DNA of 62,957 bases, the filler included, from Octopus bimaculoides (Eukaryota): NCBI RefSeq assembly GCF_001194135.2. It is 4 parts of 3 records of this genome, joined end to end, with 100 filler letters (N's around TTAATTAATTAA, not from the genome) between each part and the next. Parts side by side here need not be neighbours in the genome. Positions count along the whole stretch, not along the records: positions 29,504 to 52,083 come from NC_068984.1; 3 more parts are not named here. The stretch is one strand, 5' to 3'. Both the position numbers and the translations under genes were made by a program. The notes under the pieces are model-generated. The model was not told the DNA's origin. It saw only the letters and a program-made list of their open reading frames with translations, and searched no databases. Positions 39,298 to 52,083 of this stretch are shown piece after piece. Position 1 is the stretch's first letter; every line of letters starts with the position of its first letter.

Positions 39298-39834
39298 ACG
39301 TTGTTATTATTGTCCTTGTACTTGTAATTTTTATGGTTGTTGTTGACGTTGTGAAGCCGATGAACTGCTAAAAGCGCTAGAGCGTCGGACAAAATGCCAT
39401 CCTTCTCCTTCTCTTCTGGTTTCAGGCTTTGCCGGGGTCAAATTTGCTTTTCATCCTCTCGGCGTCGATAAAATAAGGTATCTGTCAAGCAGTGGATCGA
39501 TGATATCGACTTAGCCTCTTCTCTCAAAATTGTGCCTAAATTAGCAACTGCAGCTAATGCTGTTGTTGTTGTTGTTCTTGTTGTTGCTGCAAGTAGTCAC
39601 TGTAGTAATAGTTATAATATAGTGTCGTTCTTAACATCGTATTTGCTATCTCCGACACTTAAAAAAAAAATGACTGAGATTATAGTACTCCTTCTACTAT
39701 CCCTACAGTAGTATTGAGCGGCATTTTGTCCATACAACTTCCATAAATATAGGTCAATTTCTTCGTAATGGCATGGATATAGAGTGTTTTAAAAAGTAAA
39801 TCTTACTAATGTTTTTGTTTTTTAATTTAAGCAT

Positions 39835-39995
39835 AAGGCATGGCTGTGTGGTAAGAAGCTCGCTTCTCAACCACATAGTTCCAGTTTCTTTCCCACTGCA
39901 TGGCACTTAGGTCAATTGCTTTCTACTATAGCCTCGGGCCGACCACAGCTTTGTGAGATGGATTTGCTAGATGGAAATTGTAAGAAGGTGATCGT

Positions 39996-40000
<5 letters not shown>
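39835..40000 (+). mobile_element. SINE family B, 5' half
   Basis: ggcatggctgtgtggtaagaagctcgcttctcaaccacat. Confidence 0.8.
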
Positions 40001-40036
<36 letters not shown>

Positions 40037-40339
40037 NNNNNNNNNNNNNNNNNNNNNNNNNNNNNNNNNNNNNNNNNNNNNNNNNNNNNNNNNNNNNNNN
40101 NNNNNNNNNNNNNNNNNNNNNNNNNNNNNNNNNNNNNNNNNNNNNNNNNNNNNNNNNNNNNNNNNNNNNNNNNNNNNNNNNNNNNNNNNNNNNNNNNNNN
40201 NNNNNNNNNNNNNNNNNNNNNNNNNNNNNNNNNNNNNNNNNNNNNNNNNNNNNNNNNNNNNNNNNNNNNNNNNNNNNNNNNNNNNNNNNNNNNNNNAAAT
40301 TAACCCAAAATGAAAATAACATTGACATTACATTTTAAA

Positions 40340-41010
40340 AGATATATTTACCCAAATTTTAATAAAATATCTTGAAATACTAAAGAATAAATTTATTCAA
40401 TAAAATCGCCATTGGCTTCAACCACACCCTCCAAACTACTTCGGAATCTCCTGCAACTCTTCCGGCCGGTCTCTTTGTTTAAGTTGGTAAACGCTGCCAT
40501 AATCCTTGCCTTCAGTTCATCTTTGGTGTTACAAGGAGTTTTGTTGGTGTTTTGCTCAACTGTGCCCCACACATAATACGGGGGTTGCAGTTTGGGGAGT
40601 TAAGTGACCAGATGTTAAGGGTGATGTGGTTGCAGAAATTGTTTGACAGCCATGACTGGGTTCTCCTGCTTGTGTGGCAAGGTGGAGAGCCTTGTTGCCA
40701 GACATAGGGTCTTCCAGCAGCCACACTCTTGATTCAAGGCAGCACCACCTCCTCCAGGCACTTGATGTAGGGCTCCGTGTTGAATCTCAGGCTGTGTGAG
40801 AAGATGAATGGAGGCATAATGTTGCCATCACTGATTATCACTCCAAACACCATGATGTTCACTGGATGTTTGATTTTTATCCTTAGACTGCACTGTCCTC
40901 ATATAGCACTTTCTTCAGATTGACACCCAAACACTCTGAAATGTTCGTATTGGAGCTTCTGGTTCGAATGCCAAGCGGTACATCATATCGTTTCCAAATT
41001 CCTGGCAGAG
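40340..41010 (-). mobile_element. maT/DD37D-like (Tc1/mariner superfamily) transposase relic, C-terminal half
   Basis: Minus strand VFGVIISDGNIMPPFIF...RPYVWQQGSPPCHTSRRTQSWL...IWSLNSPNCNP.YYVWG (WQQDSAP and WPPNSPDCNP variants)...KDELKARI. Confidence 0.85.
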
Positions 41011-41245
41011 TGAATTGCGTCATGGTGCTGTTTTTCGCACAGACGGTGTCAAACTGACCCTACTATACTGTGTAGTCGACAAAATCAAAAGCAAACAAGG
41101 TGCATGCGCGAAATTAAAGATATGAAGTGGCGACAATTTACCTCTCGCACGTTATATATGTGTGTGTGTGTGTGTGTGTATGATGTATATATATATATAT
41201 GTATGTATATAAGTATATGTATGTATATATATATTTATGTATATA

Positions 41246-41335
<90 letters not shown>

Positions 41336-41394
41336 TGTATGTATATGTATGTAAGTATATATACCTATGTGTGTGTCTTTGGGTCTGTGTTTGT

Positions 41395-41600
41395 ATTTTA
41401 CCCCCCACACACACCGTCTGTCAACCGGTGTTGATGTGTTTACATCCCCGTAACTTAGCGGTTCGGCAAAATAGGCCGATAGAACAAGTATTACGCTTAA
41501 AAAAATAATTTGTGGAGTCGATTTGTTCGACTAAAACCCTTCAAACCGGTGCTCCAGCATGACCGTAATCAAATGACTGAAACAAGTAAAAGATAAAAGA
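41395..41600 (+). mobile_element. SINE family B, 3' half
   Basis: gtgtttacatccccgtaacttagcggttcggcaaaa..ggtgctccagcatgaccg. Confidence 0.85.
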
Positions 41601-41828
41601 CAGTTAACTATTGTCATTGCTGTTGTTATTGTTATTGTTGTTGTTGCTTTCTTAGTTTGTGTTGCTTCAGTTATTATTGTTACTGTTGTCTTTCTCTTCA
41701 TGATAGGTCTTGCACCAATATTAATATCAGATTAACTCGCTAATATTCTGACATATATGTCCCAAGTGTGTCCTGCAATGTAGTTATCTTTATATAGAAG
41801 AATCCAGTGCAGAGAAGAATACAAAAAA

Positions 41829-43532
41829 ATGCTTTGTTTTACGTTTTGTGTGTCTGTTTTAACTGCTTATGAATCTGCCAATAATTATAAACCATTTTTA
41901 ACACAATATACAACTTCCGAGAACAGCAATGTATTGAAGAGGTCTTTGTTCTCTATAACTTTAGGTTTATTTCTATAGGCAGGAACTTAGAAGACTGATC
42001 TGTTTATAAATACAGACACAGATCGATTGACGCAAGTTGTTTAATCAATCTCTATAGGAAATCGAATGGCAACCGGCTTTCTTTTGTAATGCGCTCCCGA
42101 AACTCCGTCAAAATTAATTTTAAAAGTATTTCTATATTTTCTTTTAGCAATAACCGAATAGACTGCAATAAAGTAGTTGAAGTAAGTCATACGTTAGACA
42201 GTTTGCAGACTAATATTTTTAGTATCGAGTTTGCTGGTGCAAAATATTCAACATTAAATCATTATTCAGCCAGCGACCGAATAATGATTTAGCATCCATT
42301 TTCAAATTGCAATACATCCAATAATGCAAAAATCACGCATTAGATTATATAGAAACGTTAGTATTTTAGTGTGGCATTACGGTTGTTAAATAGCTATAAA
42401 TGAATAACAACATGGTCTGTTGTGTGTTGTGTTCATAATAACCACACTAATGTTGCATTAACTCGTATACATTTTTATTAACCTGGAACACTTGCATTTA
42501 CATATATATAAGAGTTGAATAAATTGATCAAAATTCAAGAGATATCGAATGGAGTAAGTAAAAGTTTTCACTGCATAATATGCTAAATAATAATACAAAG
42601 ATAGTTCATAATCATTGAGAATCAACTGAGTAGAAAGAACCAGTACCTCATCACAGTGTTGATTGGCATAGTTTTGACTAACACCTCTTGTTGTTCGGGA
42701 TAAAACAAGTAAAAACTGGGAGAACACCCATCATTGAATATAGTGACATGATTCCGTGTAGCATCAGAGGTCGTTCTATCAGGCATATCAAAACCCCAGT
42801 TTTTATAATGCCTAACGGAAGAAGGCTCCAGAAATCTGGGTGACCGAGTATGGTTACGTAAGGGTTATTTCCATTAATGAAAACAAAATTAAGTTTTCAT
42901 AATTGTCTTTTCCTTTTATGGCAGTATAATAAATCGTAGTCCCTGAGTTGTTAAACCTAAGCGCAATGGTGCGAAATTCACCAGGAAACTTGTTACAGTA
43001 TCAAATTCAAACAGATTATTCTTATTTCTTTGGATGTTTCCACTGGTATCTAATTTAATTGGTATCTAATTAATTGAAGTAATTTTATTTAATTCCACGT
43101 TTCCTCAAGTTATTTTTTTTCAGTATACTTATCGGCCTGTGAATGACAGATTTTATATTTATTGTTGACGACATGAAGAAACACTGAAACGTAAGCGCCT
43201 TACGATCGAATGACATCATGCACAGCGTAATATTAATTTTAACATCTGTAGGAGGAGAGTTTTCTCCCAGGACCATTTCCGCAGCGGAAGGTCGTCTCAT
43301 GAGCGAATGACTCAAATGTGTTACTTATGATTTTATACGAATATATCTTATTTAGCGCTATTTCGTGCGGCATTATTCTATTGATATATATGTATATTTC
43401 AATAAGTTCGAAAATTTGATAGTGAACTTTCTTTCTGAATCTATTAATGACTCGCATTTCAGTTCCAGTTACGTTGATGCTGACTTAGTCTTCAGATTCT
43501 CCAGGTTCTATAAAATTACGAGCAATATCTAG
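41829..43532 (+). pseudogene. Decayed intronless Toll-like-receptor-like pseudogene (candidate)
   Basis: In correct order over 1.7 kb of non-repeat DNA: signal-like MLCFTFCVSVLTAYESA; LRR-like SNGNRLSF, SISIFSFSNNRID, NHALDYIETLVF..L.MNNNM, FINLEHLHL; hydrophobic VFIIVFSFYGSII; TIR-like FYIYC..EE, FNIC/EESFLPG, ANDSNVLLMIL, IVNFLSE. Many stops and frameshifts. Confidence 0.45.
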
Positions 43533-43904
43533 AATTGATTTAATTACTGTATAAGCAAATCCCACCACAAATTTGGATTTGTGTCCCAGTAAAAAGAAAT
43601 CGATATCATTTGTAAGGAAGTTTCCAATGGTATTCCGTAATTGTTTATTGATTTTCCAATTTTACATACTGCTGTTTCCAAGTTCAATGGTCTTTCAAAC
43701 GTTTTGTGTAGTTTACGGGATTCAAGGAGCAAGCAGTGAGATATTTCATGAATATTTGTTGGAATCAGATCTTACATACTATAGAGCTCGCCTTCTTATT
43801 CCAGTTTTGTTAAGGTTTACCTTGTTTACCTTGTTTACCAGCACTTATTTTGTAAGCGTGTCATCGTTTTCGTCCTCCTTTGTTAACAAAAATAATAATT
43901 TTGT

Positions 43905-44115
43905 TTCTACTATAGGAACAAGATCTGAAATCCTGAGGGGAGGGGCTAGTCAGTTACATCGACCCTAGCGCTCAACTGGTACTTATCTCATCAACCCCGA
44001 AAGTATGAAAACAACTCGACCCCAGTGGAAACCGAACTCAGAACGTAAAGAGACGGAACAAGTACTGCGATGCGTTTTGTCTGGCGTGATAAGGACTCTG
44101 TCAGCTCACCAGTTT
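43905..44115 (-). mobile_element. SINE family A
   Basis: caactggtacttatctcatcaaccccgaaag..gaactcagaacgtaaag. Confidence 0.8.
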
Positions 44116-44149
44116 AAACAATAGCAACAACAATTATAATTATAATTCT

Positions 44150-45607
44150 TTCTCTAATGATCACAAAGGTGATACAACACAAGAGAAAAGTATCTGTCTT
44201 GAGTCATTTCAAACTCATCCATCACACTACGTCGTTCGTAGAACTGTTGGATAAAGCTCCACAAGTCAGCAATGCCCGGACACTGGACGAGTGCATGTAG
44301 AACGGTTTCACCGCCCTGCGAACATCTGGTACAGGTCCGCTTGACAGCACTTTCGTGTCCGTAGAGATTGGTAGAGTCCCCTGTAGCACTGCCAGGCCAG
44401 AGATATCTGGAAATTTTCCATAGGCCCAGGCTCGAAATTCCTCTGGAAAAGACCAAACATTTAGGTCGATTCCGACGACCAGAATTCCCTCGAGGATTTC
44501 ATCGCACTTGCCAACAAACTAGATGCCATGCGCCCCTTCTCAGTCTACGCTTGATCCAGGACTGTAGCTCCGCCAATGAAACGTTGGAGATGTCGTAGCC
44601 TCAGCGCATGTCTGCGCACCATTAACAAACGCATGCTCAGTCCTCGACTCAGCGGCTGCTAACAGCCTATGGTCCCGTTTGACGAGCGGAACATATTCCT
44701 TCCACAGAAAGTGGGAGAGCAAGCGCTCCAGCTCCGTCAGTACTGAAGCAGGACAAAGAACGACGGTCAGGCGGCAGTAGATGACGGAAACGATGTACGT
44801 ATTCGCCATCTCCACCTCCTCCGCTCGGCCCTTCAGGGACAGCTTCCACTCTGCCTATTTCTGAATGAGATAGGGTACATCGCTCCTCACTTCCCCCAGT
44901 TCTTCTCCAGCTGATGGTTCGGACCAAGCCAGACCCCAAGCAATTTAACCGGTCCTTCTGTCCAGCGTTCTACGACGCTGTCGGTCGGCATGGGCCTGCT
45001 TTTCCATGTGCCGAGCAGCAGGTGCACCGGCTTTTCTTAGTTAATCTTTCCTCTTGTCATTACTTCGTACTCATTTAAAGTAGTGCGGATCACCTCGATT
45101 TTCAAAATGCCCGACACTATTACGTTGACGGAATCCGTAAGAGCCAACACGAATCTCCTGCATCCTAGTTCCTGCGGGATGACCCTCAAAACATCCAGCT
45201 TCCGTAAAAATGACTCGAGTGCCAACATGTGCATAAGGGGCGAGAGTGGGCATCCTTGGCGAGCTTAACGTGCAACGCTAAATGATTCCGATAAGTGGCT
45301 ATTTCCTTTGGTCACCGAACAGATGTTGTTCGACATTGAGGTGATCTAGCTTCTGAAAACGGGATAGAAACCGGCCGCCGTGAGGACAGACTCCAAGTAT
45401 GTGTTATCAACTCTATCAAAACCTTTGGATTGATCCAAAATCATCAGTTCCGCACTCATACCACAATTTATGATATAACACGTGAGATGAAAGTTGTCGT
45501 GGATAGATTTGTTTGGGATAGCGCATATCTACGCGTCATCGATCAATTTATAGATGACAAGCGGTAACTTTTTTACTAAAACCTTGGCTAAAATCTTGTA
45601 ATCAGCG
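44150..45607 (-). mobile_element. Tx1/L1-like LINE ORF2 relic (RT to CCHC)
   Basis: Minus strand DYKILAKVL, DQSKGFDRVD, RQGCPLSPL, MANTYIVSVIY, and the CCHC knuckle CTRCSQGGETVLHALVQC. Confidence 0.9.
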
Positions 45608-46945
45608 TATGGTAGATCTATACTCAGGTGACATACTCTTAGGGAAAGGTAATATCAAAAGAGGAATTTTCCAAGGAGACTCGTTGTCTCGTTTATTATC
45701 TGTTCTGTGTTTGATCCCCCTCAGTTTAGTATTAAGGAAGGCAAAGGCAGGGTATCAGTTCAGAAATAGTAATGGAAAAATTAGCCATTTGCTCTACGTG
45801 GATGATCTGAAGCTTTTTAGTAAGAATGAAAAAGAGATAGATTCCATAATACAGACTGTAAGACTCTCCAAGAAAGATATATACATGGAATTTGACATAG
45901 ATAGGTGTGCAATATTAGTTATGAGAAGGGACAGGTAGTCAACAGTGAAGGCATCCAATTACCAGATGGTCAGACATTAAAATCATTGAAGGGGGAAAAG
46001 TGTTATAAGTATCTAGGAGTATTAGAATCTGACAGAGAACTAATTACAGAAATGAAAACGAAAATTGAGAAGGTGTACATCTAAGTTCGTTTGGTGTTTT
46101 CGTTTCCCTATATCTTGCTGTGACTCTAACTGCTTTTAATAAACTTTCTTCACTATTACCTACATAGGCTTCTATATCTACTCTCGCTAACTCCACGCAG
46201 TCTCCTATTGATATTAACCTTCTTCCACCTTCCTTTCTAGGTAGGTATAATCTGGCTACTCCTGCCCTTGAGTGGAGTCCTCCGTTCATATTGAATTCCT
46301 TCCTTGTTCTTCTGTCTAGTTTTGCTAATTCAGTTTTTGTCCAATCTACAAAAGCTGCTGAGTATATAAGTAATGATACTGACTAAATATTTATAGCTTT
46401 CACGAGATTAGGACCATTTAGCTTGGACCTGGGAGCTATGTAGAAAACTAGAATTTGAACATACTGATAAATGGTATGAACATGAACCCAGTAAAATACT
46501 AGAAAGTAAGAAATACAAGATGTTGAGGGACTTTAATGTTCAGGCTGACAGAGTAATAGATGCTAGAAGGCCTGATTTTGTTGCAGTAGATAAAGAGAGT
46601 AGAAAGTACCAAACTTTACAGTCCCAAATGATGAAAAAATTAATATGAGAAGTATAGAACAAATAGGAAAGTACCAGAACCTAGCCATTGAATTGCAGAA
46701 ACTATGGAAAGTGCGGGTAAAATGTATCCCAGTAATTATAGGTGCATTGGGAACTATCCCTAAAGATCTGGACAGATGGATAGAGGAAATAGGCATAAAA
46801 CCCAGTTTAGTACAGCTCCAGGGAACAGAGTTATTAGGGACAGCTAGGATACTTAGGAGGATTCTTGGCATCTAAGGCTACTTGTTGTAGCTCGATGTTA
46901 GGATTCTTTTCTTTTCCAACAGACTAATCTGTTGGGTGTATATGC
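45608..46945 (+). mobile_element. R4/Dong-like LINE relic with internal inversion (~46085-46430)
   Basis: Plus strand GIFQGDSLS, LLYVDDLKLF, YKYLGVLE. Minus-strand block SKLNGPNLVKAIN..RLYLPRKEGGRRLI. Plus strand resumes with KWYEHEP..ARRPDF..KYQNL..IPVIIGALG. Confidence 0.9.
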
Positions 46946-46954
46946 ATAATAATG

Positions 46955-47167
46955 ATCCTTTGTATTAAATGCACAAAGCCTGAAATTTGGAGAGATGTTA
47001 AGTCGATTTTATCGACCCCAGTGTTTCACTGATACTTAATTTATCGACCCCGAAGGGATGAAAGACAAAGTCGACCTCGCTGAAATTTGAACTCAGAACG
47101 TAATGATGGATGAAATACCGCTAAGCATGTTACCTGGCGGGCTAACAATTCTGCCAGTTTGCCGCTT
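46955..47167 (-). mobile_element. SINE family A
   Basis: tttatcgaccccgaagggatgaaagacaaagtcgacctcg..aattctgccagtttgccgcttt. Confidence 0.9.
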
Positions 47168-47212
47168 TAAATAACAATGAAAATAAGGATGATGATGATG
47201 ATGATGATGATG

Positions 47213-47308
<96 letters not shown>

Positions 47309-47747
47309 TCTTTCATATATATATATACCCATGCATTTCTTTTATCTCTTATGATTTACATAATTTCCTTAAAGTCTTTTTAAACGAATGCAGTATTCTT
47401 TAAGATTGAACAAATAATTATTTGTAGAAACCATGTAAATTTTAATGGTTTCTTGGGTGAATTCATGTAATATAAATGTGTATTGATTGTCATACTGGCT
47501 TTAATCATTTTTTTTTTTTTGAAAATGGTTCTTTGCAAATCTCCGCACATTTGCAGCTAAATATATCTACTGTGGTCAGCTATTATATGAACGATTTATA
47601 ATGCTGTGCATGAAATATGCATTTTCAAGAAATATGTATGTATATTGATAGTTATATCTGTTTTAATAAATATAACAGTAATTTATAAAGGTGCGTGTCT
47701 TATGGTTAAACATTGATGTGATTTGTCATTTTTTTATAGATATATCG

Positions 47748-48150
47748 GCGCAGGAGTGGCTGTGTGGTAAGTAGCCTGCTTACCAATCACATGGTCTCGG
47801 GTTCAGTCCGACTGTGCTGCACCTTGGGCAAGTGTCTTCTACTATAGCCTCGGGCTGACCAAAGCCTTGTGAGTGGATTTGGTAGACGGAAACTGGAAGA
47901 AGCGTCGTTTATGTATATATATATATATGTGTGTGTGTGAGTGTGTGTGTATGTGTGTGTGTATGCATGTTTGTGTGTCTGTTTGTCCCTCCCCCGATGC
48001 TGGTGTGTTTACGTCCCCGTAACTTAGCGGTTCGTCAATAGACACCGATAAAATAAGTACTAGGCTTACAAAGAATAAGCTCTGGGGGCGATTTGCTCCA
48101 GCACGGCTGCAGTCAAATGACTGAAACAAGTAAAAGAGTAAAGAGTAAAA
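47748..48150 (+). mobile_element. SINE family B, full length and CpG-rich
   Basis: ggcgcaggagtggctgtgtggtaagtagc ... aaacaagtaaaagagtaaaagag. Confidence 0.92.
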
Positions 48151-48324
48151 GTGAGTATGATACTGAGCTTGAAATATTTTCGCCCCATTTGTTTTTATTA
48201 ACATTTTTAGCAGTTGTGGGTGGGTGATGCGTATTTCTTTATAATACTTTCTGAAAATATGAAAATGAGCACCACATATAATTGACAAATGATGGTCTTC
48301 TTTTGCCAGTTAAATACACGCACT

Positions 48325-48873
48325 ATCTCTTATCTCTTTATTGCCCACAAGGGGCTAAACATAGACGGGACAAACAAGGACAGACAAAGGGATTAAATCG
48401 ATTACATCGACCCCAGTGCGTAACTGGTACTTAATTTATCGACTCCGAAAGGATGAAAGGCAAAGCCGACCTCGCTGGAATTTGAACTCAGAACGTAACG
48501 GCAGACGAAATACCGCTAACCATTTCGCCCGGCGTGCTAACGTTTCTGCCACGCACTATTTCTGTCCCACATGTCTCCTGCGGTGCTCGCTATTCCATTT
48601 TCGTTATTTCTTTATTGCCCACAAGGGGCTAAACATAGAGGGGACAAACAAGGACAGACAAAGGGATCAGGTTGATTACATCGACCCCAATGTGTAACTG
48701 GTACTTAATTTATCGACTCCGAAAAGATGAAAGGAAAACTCGACCTCGGTGGAATTTGAACACAGAACGTAACGGCAGACGAAATACCGCTAAGCATTTC
48801 GCCGGCGTGCTAACATTTCTGCCACGCACTATTTCTATCCCACGTGTCTCCTGCAGTGCTCCCTATTCCATTT
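48325..48873 (-). repeat. Tandem duplication of a ~270-bp unit (family A SINE plus unique flank)
   Basis: Both units break at ctgcca|cgcactatttct and share cccac.tgtctcctgc.gtgctc.ctattccatttt. Confidence 0.9.
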
Positions 48874-49184
48874 TTGTATTAGGTTGTATTTCATCGTGTG
48901 AGTACCACATATAGTGGCAAGCGTCAGGGAGATGTAGACTGTGAAACCGATATTTTGACAGATTGAACTATTTCCTTACAAAGATTGATGTGATTTAGAA
49001 CCGTAATCAGAAAGTTGTGGAGGGCTGGGAGTCTTGACATCGATCTCAACGACGTCACACACTAGATTAAGGGGAAATTTTCGATTGCATTCACCTACCA
49101 ACTTTCATTAGGAGTTACATGACATTTTATTTTGTAAGGAGTTCACCAGAGTTCATTGGAGACTACTACTACTACTACTACTAT

Positions 49185-49218
<34 letters not shown>

Positions 49219-49243
49219 GCTACTGCTGCTGCTGCTGCAGCTT

Positions 49244-49280
<37 letters not shown>

Positions 49281-50011
49281 AGATGTTGTTGCTGCTGTCA
49301 GCACCGCTGATATGGTAAATGCCATTGAAAATTGCATCTAGAGCACCACCACCAACACCATCACTATCATCATTTACATCATCTTCTTCCTTCCTCCACT
49401 TCCTCCTACTTCTCTTCTTCCTCCTCCTCCTCCTCCTCCTCCTCCTCCTCATCATCATCATCATCATCATTATCATCATCGTCAACATCATTACTATTTT
49501 CCTTTGTCTCCACTTGTACGCATTCACTCATATTATTACTTCCTTCATTGTTACAATAATCCCGGTTGTATCCGGGTTCCTTGATTGGTCCTATGTGCTA
49601 GTATCACTGTTTGAACAGTGTATTTCCATCTTTTTGAATAGCAGTATTTTCCACACTTATATCTTTTAATTAATCTCTTCTACAAATCACCCACGAACAT
49701 TAAAATTTGACTTTGCAATATCCCTTTAATGAGCACTTTTACGGTAAACAATAGAAATTATTACTCATTTTACAATAACATATCAGTTCATTCCTAATAT
49801 GATCTGTCAGATTCGAACGTAAATATGCTTATCACTGCTGTTTACTCCATCGCTGAATAATTTGGTTAAATCCTGACTGTCAGCATATAGTATCTACCAT
49901 ATGAATCAATGGCTGATTCAACAAAATGCTAATGTGAAAATTGTAAAATAACGAAGACGGCTATCTGCAATATAAAACCAAAAAGGAAAAATTCATTTGT
50001 CGCTGATTTTA

Positions 50012-50481
50012 ACTGAGGGCGCCGGGTAGCACCTATATTGCTAGAAACTACTGTAGTAACTATTGATGAGCTTGTGATTTTCATGCGAAAATACTTTGGT
50101 ATAGTGATATATCTTCGCAGTGGGGCGAATGAAAATGCGCTTTTTTGCGGCTCTAAGGGTTTATGGCTCTTGTCTCTAGCAGTATAGATGCTATCAGGCA
50201 CCCTAGTCACAATTAGTGATAAGTGAAAGTTTTCCCTTTTGGTTTTATACTGCGCATAGCTACTTTCGTTATTATATATAATGACAGCCAGGATTTAGCG
50301 AAACCATTCAACGATGGAGTAGTTACTATTGATGAACATGTAATTTTCAGACGAGATTAGTCTAGTATAGTGATCTAGTTTCGCTGTAGAGCGGTTATCT
50401 CCCCTGTCAGTATACGAAAACTAGCTTCCTTGCGCCTCTAAGGGTTTTCTAGCAATTTAGGTGCTACCCGGCACCCTCAGT
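50012..50481. mobile_element. MITE-like element with ~36-bp terminal inverted repeats and an internal duplication
   Basis: actgagggcgccgggtagcacctatattgctagaaa versus ttttctagcaatttaggtgctacccggcaccctcagt. Confidence 0.8.
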
Positions 50482-50499
50482 CACAATTAGTGACAATTA

Positions 50500-50571
<72 letters not shown>

Positions 50572-51111
50572 CATGTATATACATATATATATATATATAT
50601 AATATGTGAGTATATGTATATATACGTACATGTATGTACGTACCTACATCTACATGTATATATAGATGCATATCTGGGTACAGGACGTCACAAAAAACGT
50701 GGACAAAATGAAAAACAGAACATAAACAGAGCACAGAAAACACACAGGCCACATAGAGAACATTTCCTTCATCAGCTGCCACCATTCTAAAACTAAGCGT
50801 TTAGAAGAGTTATGGCAGGACATGACTGTCTGGATGTATATATATATATGTAAACCCACACAGTTATATATTCTTATGAAAGCATTTGTGATACTTAATA
50901 TGCAGACATTAAACAAAATTGAGACAGGAATGAGCGCAGTCAGGACAACGATTCCAGACGGAGCCAATTGCTTCCATAGATACAACTGAAGCGGTATGTA
51001 GGTAAGTCGGGTTGAAGCTTACAAACTGTTAATGATATTTGATTCAAGAGGTCAATCAATTTGGTTTCTTGCAATGCCACTGATAGTGCTGAAGTCTAAC
51101 TGCTGCTGCTG

Positions 51112-51168
<57 letters not shown>

Positions 51169-51377
51169 TTACTACTACTACTAATACTACTACTACTATT
51201 GTGGCTGCTACTGCTACTGCTGTAATCAAATATTGTTACTCAACAGTTTCGAGGAGACTACATTTGTCTGCTTCAGCATTGATCAATTTCGAGTGTATAA
51301 ACTCATGGAGGTATATGCATAAATATACATACATACATGCATACATACATATATACAAACACACATACATGCATACA

Positions 51378-51411
<34 letters not shown>

Positions 51412-52083
51412 CATACATATATTTATATGCATATACTTATGTGTGTGTGTGCATGAGTATGTAGGTATATATGTGCATGTATGTACGCATGTATGTATAT
51501 GCATATATATGCATGTGCGAGTGTATCTATCTGTGTATGTATGCGCATGTGTGTCTTTTAAAATATATATGCTTAACTATAGTTTGTGTATGCGTGTATA
51601 CATATCATCTATACATATAAATTTGACATGGGCGATTCTTCCTTGTCTTGGGATTCACAGTCAAATGGCTGGGTAGAATTGCGTGAAAAATTACACACAT
51701 GTGTAGAATGATCCTGTGGTGATGCTGGGCTTTGTATTTTTTTCATACCTCCCATGGTTACCGAGATAATCTACTATAATAATACTCTTGTGTTTAGGAA
51801 TGAGAAAGGAAGGGGTAATAGATGAATTAGAAAGGAAGGGGTGATTTCATACTTGGTAGTGGGATGATGAAAATTGTACGCTGAAAGAATACATCAGATA
51901 TACTTATATATATACATGCACATATACATACATATAAAGAATAAAAAGTTTTGAATGGTACAACAATGCATTATAATGCAAAAAAAATGGACTATATACC
52001 TGTTGTAATTTAGTTATCCATAGTGCGATGATATTTCGGAATACAATTCCTTCTTCAGATATTCTTAGATGGAGTCGCTGCTA

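Noticed and set aside
41900-43330. Minus-strand reading as a Cys-loop (chemotactile/nAChR-like) receptor relic (PPTDVKINITL, KFP, RPL..VFTCFIP)
   Set aside because: No C-x13-C loop could be built without several ad hoc frameshifts; the plus-strand LRR/TM/TIR reading explains more of the region. Worth including in the same search.
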